Shown here: positions 15,844 through 25,594 of the stretch, one piece after another
Numbering within the stretch: position 1 is the first letter of the stretch
How the letters are laid out: each line of letters starts with the position of its first letter
Program-made: the position numbers and the translations under genes
Assembly: GCA_014729135.1 (NCBI GenBank)
Contig: WJKK01000001.1
Coordinates: forward strand, 128,593-192,592
Origin: a candidate division WWE3 bacterium
GTDB taxonomy: Bacteria > Patescibacteriota > WWE3 > UBA101185 > UBA10185
Direction: 5' to 3'
DNA: 64,000 nucleotides
The notes under the pieces: generated by a model
What the model was told of the DNA's origin: nothing
Databases searched by the model: none
The model's input: the letters and a program-made list of their open reading frames with translations, nothing else

Positions 15844-16533
15844 TTAATTCCAGCTCTTGACCAACTCTAAAAAATGATAAGGATCTAAGCTTGCCTGCCC
15901 CACTAAAACTCCGTCAAGGGCTTCTATAGCAGCCAAATCACTTACGTTGTCTTTATTTACCGAACCACCATACAACACTATAGCCCCTTTTGGCAAGGAA
16001 TTCTTCATGTTTGTTACGGTTTCTTTAATTTTGGCTATAGGAGCTTTCTTATATTCTCCCCCTGCGGAAATGTTTTGAGGATCCTCCCAAGCTAAGATGA
16101 CGCCCTCCTTGTAGAAAAATTCAGCTTGTTCAGGTGAGGTGAAGCAGATAATGGGAGTTATGCCATGTTCTAAAGCTTTATCTCTTTTTGCTGCAACTAA
16201 AGCGGGAGCTTCTGCGCGTTCACTGTGACCTACAATGGAGTATTTGCAGTAGTCTTTTACTTGAAAGGCACCTATTTCGCCTGTGTGAGAACCTTTTGAG
16301 TCTGCGGACACGTTTTGAGTTGCTAAGTTTACTTTGGTGGAGGCATTTTTGGAAAGGTCTTTTAAGGAGTTTTGCAAGTCCGAAAGGTGAAGTGCTGTAG
16401 GCGCAAGGATTGTTTGAACGCCACTGACATCTTTTTCTGATAGCGCGGAAAATTCAGTTTTAAACTTAGCAGCCCAATCCAAAACATCATCCCGCGACAT
16501 TTTCATCTTCCAATTAGCAATTACATACTTCAT
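15844..16533 (-). CDS. tpiA: triosephosphate isomerase
   Basis: MKYVIANWKM (ANWKMN signature) and IVGHSERA. The six-frame ORF extends to 16674, but the upstream 47 aa are not TIM-like. The start is placed at the ATG encoded by 16531-16533. Confidence 0.75.
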   Translation of the reverse strand: MKYVIANWKMKMSRDDVLDWAAKFKTEFSALSEKDVSGVQTILAPTALHLSDLQNSLKDLSKNASTKVNLATQNVSADSKGSHTGEIGAFQVKDYCKYSIVGHSERAEAPALVAAKRDKALEHGITPIICFTSPEQAEFFYKEGVILAWEDPQNISAGGEYKKAPIAKIKETVTNMKNSLPKGAIVLYGGSVNKDNVSDLAAIEALDGVLVGQASLDPYHFLELVKSWN

Positions 16534-17420
16534 AAATTTTCCAAATCCTCCATTAAACTTTTTACCAAATTGGGAATATTTTCCAATTCCTCGTGTGTAT
16601 AGACATATCCTAAAGCATTTAAACAGGAGAACACAACTCCCGGGTCGGAATAAATTTCCTCCGCATACGTACAAGCAACTAAACTATGAACTAAAACGTT
16701 TCCGGAAGTTTCCCCTACCTGAGACTTATCACATCCCATAGGACATCCAACACAGGAGGGATTATCCGCCGGAGAAATTTTAAGCTTTTGGGCTTCATTA
16801 AAGAGCTTAAGATACAATTTCCCGTAACGGGAAATGCCTTCAATATCAAAAGAAGAGTCGGCGTTTATTAGCAACCCTCCTAAGTTACGCTTTGCAAATA
16901 AAAAGGAGAGCAAATGATCTTTGGTATGAAAATAATCATCTAAAAGTAAGTGCTCCTTAAAACTTAACAAAGAGCTTCTTCCCGGAAGAGACTTTCCTGA
17001 AAACTCCTCAAAAGAGTCATAAAAGTTAACAGCACCTGAAGTTATTTCTGTAAAAACAGGAGTCTTAGACTTCCCCAAAATAACAACAGCATCCAAACCA
17101 ATAAAGCGAAGACGTGAAGACAAACTGCCTCCTAAATAAAGTTCCGTAAGACCTTTCCTGCCGGGATTAATTATAGAATTGGACTCTGTAGCAAGATCTA
17201 AATTGGATCCCGTTAAAACACAAGTCTTAGAAACATACGGAAAAAGGCCGTTTAAAGGACCAATAGAAAAAATCAAAGGATCCTCATCGGCATGCATTTG
17301 CAAAAGCTTTAATCCCAAAGCCAATCCACCCAGATAAGCGTGCAAATCGGGATACGTCTTAACGTTAAAGGTCTTATCGGAAAGATTGATATAAAGAACT
17401 TTTCTATTCGAGAAGTTCAT
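16530..17420 (-). CDS. miniaturised aldehyde:ferredoxin oxidoreductase (AOR)-family protein (AOR N-domain plus Fe-S loop only)
   Basis: 296 aa. The N-terminus matches the AOR_N domain: KVLYINLSDKTFNVKTYPDLHAYLGGLALGLKLL, GSLSSRLRFIGLDAVVILGKSKTPVF. The motif NPSCVGCPMGCDKSQVGETSG matches the AOR [4Fe-4S]-binding loop (C.xCP.GCgR...vGETeG). The roughly 300-aa pterin-binding domains of full-length AOR (about 600 aa) are absent. Confidence 0.5.
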   Translation of the reverse strand: MNFSNRKVLYINLSDKTFNVKTYPDLHAYLGGLALGLKLLQMHADEDPLIFSIGPLNGLFPYVSKTCVLTGSNLDLATESNSIINPGRKGLTELYLGGSLSSRLRFIGLDAVVILGKSKTPVFTEITSGAVNFYDSFEEFSGKSLPGRSSLLSFKEHLLLDDYFHTKDHLLSFLFAKRNLGGLLINADSSFDIEGISRYGKLYLKLFNEAQKLKISPADNPSCVGCPMGCDKSQVGETSGNVLVHSLVACTYAEEIYSDPGVVFSCLNALGYVYTHEELENIPNLVKSLMEDLENL

Positions 17421-17655
17421 AATCGTCTACTTCCCGAACCTCGTAAACTCCTTGTGGGCATATGTCTCGAATTTTTTCCACATCTAAAGTGTTAACTTGA
17501 GGGTCTAAAACTATGGAAAACTTGGTTCCTTCTCTGAAAACACGAATGAAGGCGCCTTCAAGGCCTACTTTTCCTAGTTGACGCTGCGAGTCCATGACGC
17601 ACATTTCGCAGCCTATGCATTTTTCCGGAAAGACCGGTTTTAAGATTTTAGTCAT
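17404..17655 (-). CDS. small 4Fe-4S ferredoxin-like protein
   Basis: 83 aa. Cys pattern CIGCEMCV (CxxCxxC) plus a distal CPQG, consistent with a single-cluster ferredoxin. Confidence 0.5.
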   Translation of the reverse strand: MTKILKPVFPEKCIGCEMCVMDSQRQLGKVGLEGAFIRVFREGTKFSIVLDPQVNTLDVEKIRDICPQGVYEVREVDDYELLE

Positions 17656-17703
17656 AAAGTTTTGTAACGTTTACTTTCCTACTACAGATTCCTTTTGAAA
17701 AAC

Positions 17704-18720
17704 TTAATCATAATAGCCTAAAGCAGCTAAGGCAGGCAATTTCTTACCGCTTAAAAAGTCTAACATAGCCCCTCCTCCTGTGGATACAAAATCAAAGGAG
17801 TCTAATAAGCCCAATTTATCTAGGCAGCTGACGGTATCACCTCCACCTACTACAGAACGTGCAGGAGATGCCAAGACAGCTTCTGCAATTTTTTGGCTGC
17901 CTTCTGCGTATCCTTGGTCATAGGCTCCCATAGGCCCTGCCCAAATAATAGTAGCCGCTTTTTTAATGACTTCTGAGTAGTGTTTAATGGTTAAGGGACC
18001 TATATCTAATCCGTTATGGGAGTAGTCTTGTGGATATAAAACTTTGGAATTGGCCGGGTCGCTGGAGTCTTTTTTTAACGCTCCACCAACTAGAACGTAA
18101 TCAAAGTGTTTGGCCAAAGCATAAATTGCCTCTTTTTTTGAGTTTTTTACGCCTCCTACAAGGGCAAACAGTGGTCGCGCGGAGGTATCTATTTTTAGAA
18201 GTTTTTCCATTTCTGTAATTTCTTTTTCTAAACGTAATCCTGCAAAACCGGGAAGGATCTTTGGAACCAAGGCCATAGATGTGTCGGCTCTATGACTATT
18301 ACCAAAGCTTTCATTTACATAAAAGTCTGCTTTTTTAGCTAGTTCCTTTGCAAAAGCTAGGTCCTTCCCTTTTTCTCGCGAGTCAAAACGAAGATTCTCA
18401 AGAAGTGTATAATTTTTGCTACCCAAATGCTGATTAAAAAAGGGCTCCAAATTTTTTGTGCTTAACTTGGGAGTTGTTTTTTTAGGGCGTCCCATGTGAC
18501 CCGCTATTACAGGATGAATCTCATTTTCTATAAGGAGTTTTAACGTGGGAAGAAGCACTTCTAAACGATAATCCTCCAGTATTTCTCCATTGTCGCTTAA
18601 AGGAATGTCCAGATCAGCGCGTACAAAAGCTTTGCTTCCTGGTGCTAATGTTTCTGAGGAAGTGTTTGGTGTTTTTGGAGTTGCTGAAGTGTTTTTAAAG
18701 GCCTGAGATAGGTATTTCAC
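17704..18720 (-). CDS. pgk: phosphoglycerate kinase
   Basis: N-terminal RADLDIPL...VLLPTLKLLIENEIHPVIAGHMGRPKK matches the PGK signature (RvDfNVP...SHLGRP). The C-terminal PGK pattern is also present. Confidence 0.85.
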   Translation of the reverse strand: MKYLSQAFKNTSATPKTPNTSSETLAPGSKAFVRADLDIPLSDNGEILEDYRLEVLLPTLKLLIENEIHPVIAGHMGRPKKTTPKLSTKNLEPFFNQHLGSKNYTLLENLRFDSREKGKDLAFAKELAKKADFYVNESFGNSHRADTSMALVPKILPGFAGLRLEKEITEMEKLLKIDTSARPLFALVGGVKNSKKEAIYALAKHFDYVLVGGALKKDSSDPANSKVLYPQDYSHNGLDIGPLTIKHYSEVIKKAATIIWAGPMGAYDQGYAEGSQKIAEAVLASPARSVVGGGDTVSCLDKLGLLDSFDFVSTGGGAMLDFLSGKKLPALAALGYYD

Positions 18721-18795
18721 TCTTTGATTTTAGCACAAAGGGAAAGTTCTCTTTTTTGAAACAGATTGAAATAAACGTAAAGAGAACAGGATAAA

Positions 18796-20262
18796 TTAGC
18801 GCTTCTTGGGATCACCCTTAATCCAAGCACTCACCTTCTTAGGCATCTTAACTGATGTAATACAAGTAAAAATCATGATAATCGGCGTAAACACAGCAGT
18901 AAGGCCACTCTGCAACAATAAGTCGGTCATACCTCCCTGAGCCTGGGAAAGAAAGGCAATAAAAGGAAAAGCAAACGTAAGCGCCAAAACTAAAACCATA
19001 GCAAAAATGGACAAAACACCTGCGGCAATTTCCTTAAACCAATTTAGTATCATATCCTCCTTACCGGGAATAACACCCAAAGCAAAGTAAATAGGTGAAA
19101 TCACAATGTAACTTAGAAGCTTAATGTATGTAACTAAAACCTTTATAAAGGCTATCAAGGCTACCACCAGTAAAACTATGAGGAAAACTAACATGCTAAA
19201 TAGCAAGGTAAGCCCCATACCGGCATTCCAAAGCAAGCCATTAACCGAAGCTAATACACCCCAACCAATATAGGAAAAGGCACCGGAACTACTTAGATCG
19301 TTCAAAATTTCGGTACTTGCCCATGTATCAACGGCAGTATCTGCTACCAATTCCACAGGTAATACTACAGCCAACCCCATCAAGGGGCCTGTTAGGCGAA
19401 CAAGAAGCGTCCCTATGGGATAACTAAAAAAGATGAGGGCAATAGATAGAGCGATACGGGGAAGAGAATTCTGAACAGTTACTACCGCTTGGGGATTTAT
19501 CTTTTTGCGTGTCATTATCATAACCCCTACCACTAACAAAAAGATGGACATTAGACCCAAGGCTATATTGCGAGTAAGTTTCCACATAGCAAAAACCAAC
19601 TTAGCTCCTAAATAATTGTCGGGAGTACTTTGTGCGTACGCTGTATTCCTGACAACAGGAATACGCTGTGCATAATCCTTGAAAAAGTAGGCCATATTTA
19701 CAGGAATCTCTTCCCTATGCACAGTGTGTTCAAGATTAAGAACCATACCCAATAAACTACCACTTCCACTTATATCGGCGGAAGTGCCTATAGAGAAAGC
19801 CGTCTCGTTAAGAGCGCAGGCCTTGGGATCATAAGTCTTAACCATCTCGGCAGCATCTATAGCTACCTGAGTATCTTCTTCGGGAGTAGAACTATTAAGC
19901 TGAATAGACTCACACGTGTTGGGAATAAGGTCACACCCGGTACCTGCCCCTAACAAATTACCACTTTTGTCCAAATCCTTTGCTACCATAGCACAGTTGG
20001 TCAAGGTATCAGGGTTCTTTCCTGTGGTACCTAAACTGGTCATGTCTATAAGCAATCCGGAACCTGCTCCAATGGCCGTCTTTAAAATATTATTCTCACG
20101 GTATTCTCTATCAACAGCCATATGCCATAAGTGATTGGCCCCACGAAAAACGTCACCCACAGCTGCTTCTGCAGAAGGGGTAAAAAAACTTATTGAGGAA
20201 AGTGAAACCACAAAAGCAACCATCAAAGCGGGCAAATATCTTTTAATTCCCCTATTGTTCAT
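18796..20262 (-). CDS. secreted N-domain plus polytopic membrane protein with VirB6/TrbL-like topology
   Basis: Signal peptide ending AEA-AVGD. A Cys-containing extracytoplasmic domain of about 230 aa follows. Then at least 6 TM helices in the C-terminal half. No enzymatic motif. Confidence 0.45.
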   Translation of the reverse strand: MNNRGIKRYLPALMVAFVVSLSSISFFTPSAEAAVGDVFRGANHLWHMAVDREYRENNILKTAIGAGSGLLIDMTSLGTTGKNPDTLTNCAMVAKDLDKSGNLLGAGTGCDLIPNTCESIQLNSSTPEEDTQVAIDAAEMVKTYDPKACALNETAFSIGTSADISGSGSLLGMVLNLEHTVHREEIPVNMAYFFKDYAQRIPVVRNTAYAQSTPDNYLGAKLVFAMWKLTRNIALGLMSIFLLVVGVMIMTRKKINPQAVVTVQNSLPRIALSIALIFFSYPIGTLLVRLTGPLMGLAVVLPVELVADTAVDTWASTEILNDLSSSGAFSYIGWGVLASVNGLLWNAGMGLTLLFSMLVFLIVLLVVALIAFIKVLVTYIKLLSYIVISPIYFALGVIPGKEDMILNWFKEIAAGVLSIFAMVLVLALTFAFPFIAFLSQAQGGMTDLLLQSGLTAVFTPIIMIFTCITSVKMPKKVSAWIKGDPKKR

Positions 20263-20383
20263 AGCAAGTCAAATTTTATACTCACAACAAGAGTCCTGTC
20301 AAGAAAAACAAAAACGTAAAAAATCTGCAAATTAAAATAAAAAACTTTAAAAAGCCACCTTTTAAAGATAGAATAGTCTTGTT

Positions 20384-23300
20384 ATGCCAAAACCAGTAGG
20401 ATACAGCGGATATTATCCCGGCGATGAAATGATTCGCCAGCCCGGTGGAGGGCGTCCCAAACCTCCCAATGTTTACGATCTAAATGTTATTGCAGATGAA
20501 ATAGACCAATTCGGTTTTGCCCTCGAAGGGGTTCCTGAGTGGATTAAAGAGAAAATGACGGTGGGAGTACAGCAAAGTTTAAGAGCCAATGTTTTCTCCA
20601 AACCCATAAGCCCAGGAGACATGCAGGCATTTGAAGATGAAGAGCTGGAAGAAGAACTTACAGACATAACCGGACAAGCGGGACTTTCCATAAACTTAAA
20701 CCCCGTAGATATAGCTAAGGATCCTCAAAAATGGGCAAAGAAACTTGCAAAAGGGACATGGGCAGAGTTAAACCCACTGGGAGGAGACCTTGAAGCACGT
20801 AAACGTCAAGCTCTTTGGGCGGGCGCAATGGGCATAGGTAAAAATGGAGAATGGGCAACGGATGCAATTAAGCGCCAGGCCATTCGTCGAAGTGGAGAAG
20901 GCAGCTTCTTAGGTGCAGACATTAGCGACAATCCCCTTAACTTAACAACAGCTCTAGGAGAGTACGGAAAACTGGGAGAAAATGTTGCAACAAAAGCAGC
21001 CGATTTTGAAGCAAATATTAAAACGGCGCTATTTAGAGATGCAAAATTCGATGATGTTATGCGAGCCTCTCTTTCTGGCGCCAAAGCAGTAATAGCGGAC
21101 AACATAGAAACTCTTGCAGATAATGTGCATGCTGATGATGCTGTGGCTGCCATAGCATTTAGTGCAAAAGTAGATCTGGCTAAACATATGGAAGACACTG
21201 CGGAAGCTGTAGATGATGCTGTTGAAGCTATTAAACGCTTAGCGCAAGAAGACGGAGCTCTTGATAAACATGGAAAACCCATTGAACTTGATAAAGAAAT
21301 AGCCAAATTAAATCAACAGTTAGCAAAAACTGAAGCTCACATCCAATTAATGGAACAAGGAAGAGATGCTTTGAGCAGACACCAATTAGAACTTTTGGGA
21401 ATTGCTAAAGGGGGTAATTTAGTAGCGGGAAACATATATGCAAGTGATCTTTTGGATGGAGTAGGTCCTCTCTTAACTGCAGATGGCCTTAGAAGAATTC
21501 ATCCTCAAATTAACGGCTGTAGAGGAATACTAAAAAACATAAACCAGGTTGCCACCGGACACAAAGATAGAGGCAGCTCTTTTGGGCTAAGGCAACTTGC
21601 GGAGAAGCTTTCCACAACAACAGTTAATCTTACAGGAAATGGGGCAAGCCTCACATCCCTTGATTTTAACAGTCTTGAAAGATCCCTTCTTAGACAACTT
21701 TCTGATGAATTCACAAGAGGACTTATCACAGGACGGGAAGCAGCAACCCGCTTAGAAGACATCTATAGAGGCTTAAGCCCCGACGGCAAAGAATATATGC
21801 GACGCATCCGCAGATTACTTCCTACTTTAGAAAAGGATCGCCAGTTCTTTGCAGTTGATGACTTTATGGATGCAATGTATTCTGATGACCTGTTCACCAA
21901 ATTTTTATGGGCAGCTCGACTAAATCCGCGATTAAAAGCGCTAACCCCCGGATACTGGACGGGCGAATTCATGGAAAAGATGCACTACTTTGGATTGTTA
22001 GTGGATGAAGGTTCTTTATTGGATGCAAATGGAAACCCTATAAATCCTAAATTCTTCCTTTACAAATGGATGAACAAGTTTGTTATGAGCAGAGATGGCC
22101 TGGCAAACAAGTTCTCTATAGATATAGAAGGCTTTGGCTCCCATGTTGTTAGAGGGGGACATCACTTTGGTGCAGTTAAAGAATTACACACCCTGCTAAA
22201 GGGAGATAAGATAAGTCCGCAACAACTTTCCCTACTGATGAAAGCCGGCAGCGAAAGTGACATTAGAGCACTCCTTGCAGGCTTTGTGGGACCGGATGAA
22301 AAAAAATTCTTTACAGATCCGGAAAAACTGGACAGATTAGCAAAACAAGTGAAAAAGTTACGCGATTGGGTACAAAAAAATGCCCAAAGACTGGGGATAG
22401 ACATCAATAAGGGAGAAGATCTTGCAAAACTTCTTGCAGGGCTCATGAAATATGATGCTAACAAAGTTAAAAACATAGGTATTGGGATCACAAAAGCTTT
22501 TAGGGGCAAACTTCAACACTTAGTCCAAAAATTAAGCTGGCTACAAGATAAGATTTTTAAGAGTTTTGCCGGAAAAGTGGTGGGAAAGTTTTTATCATGG
22601 AAAACGGCCATTTCTACAGCGATTTCTGAAATACTCATGGATGCCGTGGTAGCTATAACGGGAGGAGTGGGCGTGTTATTTAAGCCCTTAGAAGTCCTGC
22701 TTCAGGCGGCTATTAGAATTATTCTGGACATTGGAGAGAAAGTAATCCTAAGTATACTTAAGGCAGATTTCGGCGAACTAGGAAAGTTTTTAGATAAATC
22801 ACTGATAAATGTTGCCAAATTCTTTGCACAAGTAACTGCGGTAATAGTTTTTGCTGTAGCAATACCTGCCATGATAGTGGTTACTCTGTTAAGCGGAATT
22901 CCTCCCGTAAACCATGCAAATGTAGGTGCTTTAGGAGGCGCAGGAGCAGGCGGAACCGGAGACGGTGGTGGACCCACCCCTCGAGTACTCCCCCCTATAG
23001 AAGCGGGAACCTGTTTCTTCGAAAACAATCAAGGCTTTTTAACATACCCATCCTTTGGATATAATTCCAGTACAGGAGAATATAACAACTCTTGTTCAGG
23101 ATACTATTCACCTTACTACGGCCACGGAACCTATGCCTACTCATATTGCTATAACATCCCCAATCTTTGGTTCATTAGCCAAACATCCAAAATGCTAACA
23201 GGCTGTGAAAGAGTATCGCGCTGCTCTTCCAGTGCTGCAGAAGCCACAGATTATTTTGGAATGGCTGCAGACTTTGCAAGGGATTATAATGCTCCCTCCG

Positions 23301-23620
23301 AGCTCTCCGAAGTATACCTTCCTGAATTAGGCAATCCAAATGAGGACGGGGACATTATATGGAACGTCGTGGATACCTCTTTTCATAATGGATTTGGAGC
23401 CCATGTGAACTTACGTAGAAGCGATGGAGAAAATGATTACTACATGCAAATCCTACACATAGTAGGAAACAATAATTTAACAAACGGAGCAGAACTCGAA
23501 GCCGGAACACACATAGGCAGACTTTACGATCTAAGTGGAACCAGAAATCACGTTCATATAGAATTAGAGGTGGATGGAGAAATTAGAAGACCTGATTATG
23601 TTTTTTGCACAGGAGAGTAA
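20384..23620 (+). CDS. 1078-aa multidomain protein: long Ala/Lys-rich helical region, TM segment, Gly/Cys-rich linker, C-terminal M23 (LytM-type) metallopeptidase domain
   Basis: C-terminus ...NGFGAHVNLRRSDGENDYYMQILHIVGN...GTRNHVHIELEVDGEIRRPD carries the M23 HxH motif. TM segment VTAVIVFAVAIPAMIVVTLLSGI near residue 800. Gly tract GGAGAGGTGDGGGPTP. Confidence 0.65.
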   Translation: MPKPVGYSGYYPGDEMIRQPGGGRPKPPNVYDLNVIADEIDQFGFALEGVPEWIKEKMTVGVQQSLRANVFSKPISPGDMQAFEDEELEEELTDITGQAGLSINLNPVDIAKDPQKWAKKLAKGTWAELNPLGGDLEARKRQALWAGAMGIGKNGEWATDAIKRQAIRRSGEGSFLGADISDNPLNLTTALGEYGKLGENVATKAADFEANIKTALFRDAKFDDVMRASLSGAKAVIADNIETLADNVHADDAVAAIAFSAKVDLAKHMEDTAEAVDDAVEAIKRLAQEDGALDKHGKPIELDKEIAKLNQQLAKTEAHIQLMEQGRDALSRHQLELLGIAKGGNLVAGNIYASDLLDGVGPLLTADGLRRIHPQINGCRGILKNINQVATGHKDRGSSFGLRQLAEKLSTTTVNLTGNGASLTSLDFNSLERSLLRQLSDEFTRGLITGREAATRLEDIYRGLSPDGKEYMRRIRRLLPTLEKDRQFFAVDDFMDAMYSDDLFTKFLWAARLNPRLKALTPGYWTGEFMEKMHYFGLLVDEGSLLDANGNPINPKFFLYKWMNKFVMSRDGLANKFSIDIEGFGSHVVRGGHHFGAVKELHTLLKGDKISPQQLSLLMKAGSESDIRALLAGFVGPDEKKFFTDPEKLDRLAKQVKKLRDWVQKNAQRLGIDINKGEDLAKLLAGLMKYDANKVKNIGIGITKAFRGKLQHLVQKLSWLQDKIFKSFAGKVVGKFLSWKTAISTAISEILMDAVVAITGGVGVLFKPLEVLLQAAIRIILDIGEKVILSILKADFGELGKFLDKSLINVAKFFAQVTAVIVFAVAIPAMIVVTLLSGIPPVNHANVGALGGAGAGGTGDGGGPTPRVLPPIEAGTCFFENNQGFLTYPSFGYNSSTGEYNNSCSGYYSPYYGHGTYAYSYCYNIPNLWFISQTSKMLTGCERVSRCSSSAAEATDYFGMAADFARDYNAPSELSEVYLPELGNPNEDGDIIWNVVDTSFHNGFGAHVNLRRSDGENDYYMQILHIVGNNNLTNGAELEAGTHIGRLYDLSGTRNHVHIELEVDGEIRRPDYVFCTGE

Positions 23621-23636
23621 TTTAAAAAATTCTTAG

Positions 23637-24197
23637 ATGAGAAATATTAGGGAGTTACTTAAAAAATACAAAACCCCTCTTCTTATTTTGGGTGTACTTT
23701 TATTGGGGGCTCTTTTCCTCGTTATAATGGAGCTATCCGGAAAAGTTGAAGATACTCCGGTAGCCCCGGTTGTTATTCAGGAAAGGGAAAAACCAACGTA
23801 TGAGGCAAAAGTCCAAAAAACAACACCTTATGATGGAAGTACAGAGGCAAAACAAGGAGATAAAATCAAAATCCATCTGGAAGAGCCTGTGAAAGTGGAA
23901 ACAGTGGAGTATCGAGTCACTCCGGAAATCTCGCTAGCTTTTAGGACTTACGATGAAAGAAACAGAATCGTAACGATATTCCCCGATGAGGAAATCTGGA
24001 AAGAAAACGTGCCATATACAATTACAATAACTCAGCTGGAAAATGCCGAGGGGGAGGACCTTGGAAAGCCAATTGAGTACACATACATTTTTAAGCGACC
24101 CGAAAAATTTGAGGGAGGGGAAAGTTGGTTAAATGAGGAAGGTGCTGAAGAAAATAAAGATTATCAGGAAGATTTTCTGAATTCTGTTAGAAATTAA
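23637..24197 (+). CDS. hypothetical N-terminally anchored extracytoplasmic protein
   Basis: 186 aa. TM anchor LLILGVLLLGALFLVIM followed by a hydrophilic domain. The start is 17 nt after the M23 protein's stop, so it is probably co-transcribed. Confidence 0.5.
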   Translation: MRNIRELLKKYKTPLLILGVLLLGALFLVIMELSGKVEDTPVAPVVIQEREKPTYEAKVQKTTPYDGSTEAKQGDKIKIHLEEPVKVETVEYRVTPEISLAFRTYDERNRIVTIFPDEEIWKENVPYTITITQLENAEGEDLGKPIEYTYIFKRPEKFEGGESWLNEEGAEENKDYQEDFLNSVRN

Positions 24198-24339
24198 AAA
24201 GACCTAAAATGCGGGGTCCCCGGGAGGAGGTACTGGAAGAGGATCTCCAGGTATGGGGTCAACGGGCTCCAAAGGACCTATAGGACCAGGAGGCGGGACC
24301 GGATCGGAAACTACAGGGGGAACTCCCGGAGTAGGACCA

Positions 24340-24744
24340 TCACTCGGAAGGGGTATTGCCTGTCCACTCTACAAGCTCCGAAATCCCCTGGCGTAAGCTG
24401 CCAAAGACACCTCCTGCATCCCCCGCATTAGTACCCAAAATACCATTCACAATAACATTAATCACAAAGACACCTATAACTATTAAAAGACCAATTACCG
24501 AAAAGGTTAAAGATTGCTTAGCTCCAGCGGTTCCTTTGGGATCCCCCTGAGCTGTTGCAAATTTGTAGGCTGAAAAGATCACCATTACTATGAAAACAGC
24601 TCCGGCAGAAAAAACCAAAACATTAAAAGCGCGTGCCAATACATCCACTATTTCCACAACAGTACCGACACTGTTTAAATCTGCCGGATTTTGGGCGTAC
24701 ACAACTGAAGCAGGTAAAAGTTTTAAAAGTGACAAATAAAGCAT
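24340..24744 (-). CDS. small two-TM protein, paralog 1 of 4 (VirB2/TrbC-pilin-like topology)
   Basis: 134 aa. Signal-like N-terminus ending VYA-QNP. Two hydrophobic helices separated by the loop ATAQGDPKGTAGAKQSL. Paralogous to the three upstream genes. Confidence 0.5.
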   Translation of the reverse strand: MLYLSLLKLLPASVVYAQNPADLNSVGTVVEIVDVLARAFNVLVFSAGAVFIVMVIFSAYKFATAQGDPKGTAGAKQSLTFSVIGLLIVIGVFVINVIVNGILGTNAGDAGGVFGSLRQGISELVEWTGNTPSE

Positions 24745-24747
24745 GAT

Positions 24748-25065
24748 TTAAAAAGTGGGCACCGCTCCCTCCAAGTCTCCCCCGGAAACACCTAAAATAC
24801 TATTTACAATTATATATTTTAAAGCAATAGCTCCAACGGAAAGAACTAAAGCAACTATAGCATATGTAAGTGAATGCCTAGCACGCTCCATGTTGTCGGG
24901 ATTACCTCCGGCAGTTACAAAGCGAATGCCTGCTAAGCCAATGAAAATAATAGATAAAGATATACCCACACCCATGAAAAGATTAATGGCAACTCCAAAG
25001 AATTCGCCAACTGAATTGTATCCGGGATCGGGAATCCCGTTCCCGCTTACTACATACTCAAACAT
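24748..25065 (-). CDS. small two-TM protein, paralog 2 of 4
   Basis: 105 aa. Shared NSVGE motif, TM1, loop TAGGNPDNMERARHSL, TM2. Confidence 0.5.
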   Translation of the reverse strand: MFEYVVSGNGIPDPGYNSVGEFFGVAINLFMGVGISLSIIFIGLAGIRFVTAGGNPDNMERARHSLTYAIVALVLSVGAIALKYIIVNSILGVSGGDLEGAVPTF

Positions 25066-25187
25066 TTGTTTTTCTTAAATCTAAAAACTTAATTCAAAAA
25101 ATTGGAAGACCAAGACCTCCAACTTAAAGTAGAACAGAACACGCAAACGAACCGGGAGAATTAAATCTCCCGGAACGTTACTTGAAT

Positions 25188-25544
25188 TTACTCGGTACTA
25201 CCCGCACCTGCACCATCGATCACAAGGTTGGCATCCACACTGGAAATATCAGCATCCAAAATAGAATCTAATACTATTGTCTTAACAGCCAAGGCTCCCA
25301 ATGTAATGATTAAACCAATAACTGCATTTGTTAACCAAGTTCTAGCCTCCTCTGCTGCTTTAGCATCACCTTTTGCAGTGATGTATTTAATACCTCCCAA
25401 TCCTAAAAAGATAACCGAAAGGGATACAGCCACACCCATGATCACGTTCATAGCGACTCCAAAAACAGCAGCCAAACTATCAAAACGCTCCAAAGGATTA
25501 CTTACATTAGTACCTACACCCTGAGCATATACTCTTGTTAGCAT
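25188..25544 (-). CDS. small two-TM protein, paralog 3 of 4
   Basis: 118 aa. N-terminus MLTRVYAQG matches the signal-peptidase region of paralog 1. Loop TAKGDAKAAEEARTWL. Confidence 0.5.
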   Translation of the reverse strand: MLTRVYAQGVGTNVSNPLERFDSLAAVFGVAMNVIMGVAVSLSVIFLGLGGIKYITAKGDAKAAEEARTWLTNAVIGLIITLGALAVKTIVLDSILDADISSVDANLVIDGAGAGSTE

Positions 25545-25594
25545 TCAAATACACCTCCTTTAAAAAACTGATAAACGCTAAAGCCAGCTTAAAG

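Noticed and set aside
16534-16674. N-terminal 47-aa extension of the tpiA track ORF (MYVCGGNLFRPGSCVLLF...)
   Set aside because: The extension is not TIM-like and overlaps the 3' end of the AOR-like gene. The conserved TIM N-terminus begins at MKYVIANWKM (start at 16533).
20806-21306. Antisense ORF 20806..21306(-) (Ala/Ser-rich, 166 aa) and other antisense ORFs inside the 1078-aa gene
   Set aside because: These are mirror-strand artefacts of the GCN-rich, Ala-rich coding sequence on the plus strand.
24214-24390. Collagen-like Gly-X-Pro run (AGSPGGGTGRGSPGMGSTGSKGPIGPGGGTGSETTGGTPGVGPS) in one forward frame of the convergent intergenic region between 23637..24197 and 24340..24744
   Set aside because: The frame has no start codon and is only about 60 codons long. 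A stop lies immediately upstream at 24208-24210. It sits between two convergently transcribed genes. It is more likely compositional, from GC-rich Gly codons, than a gene.
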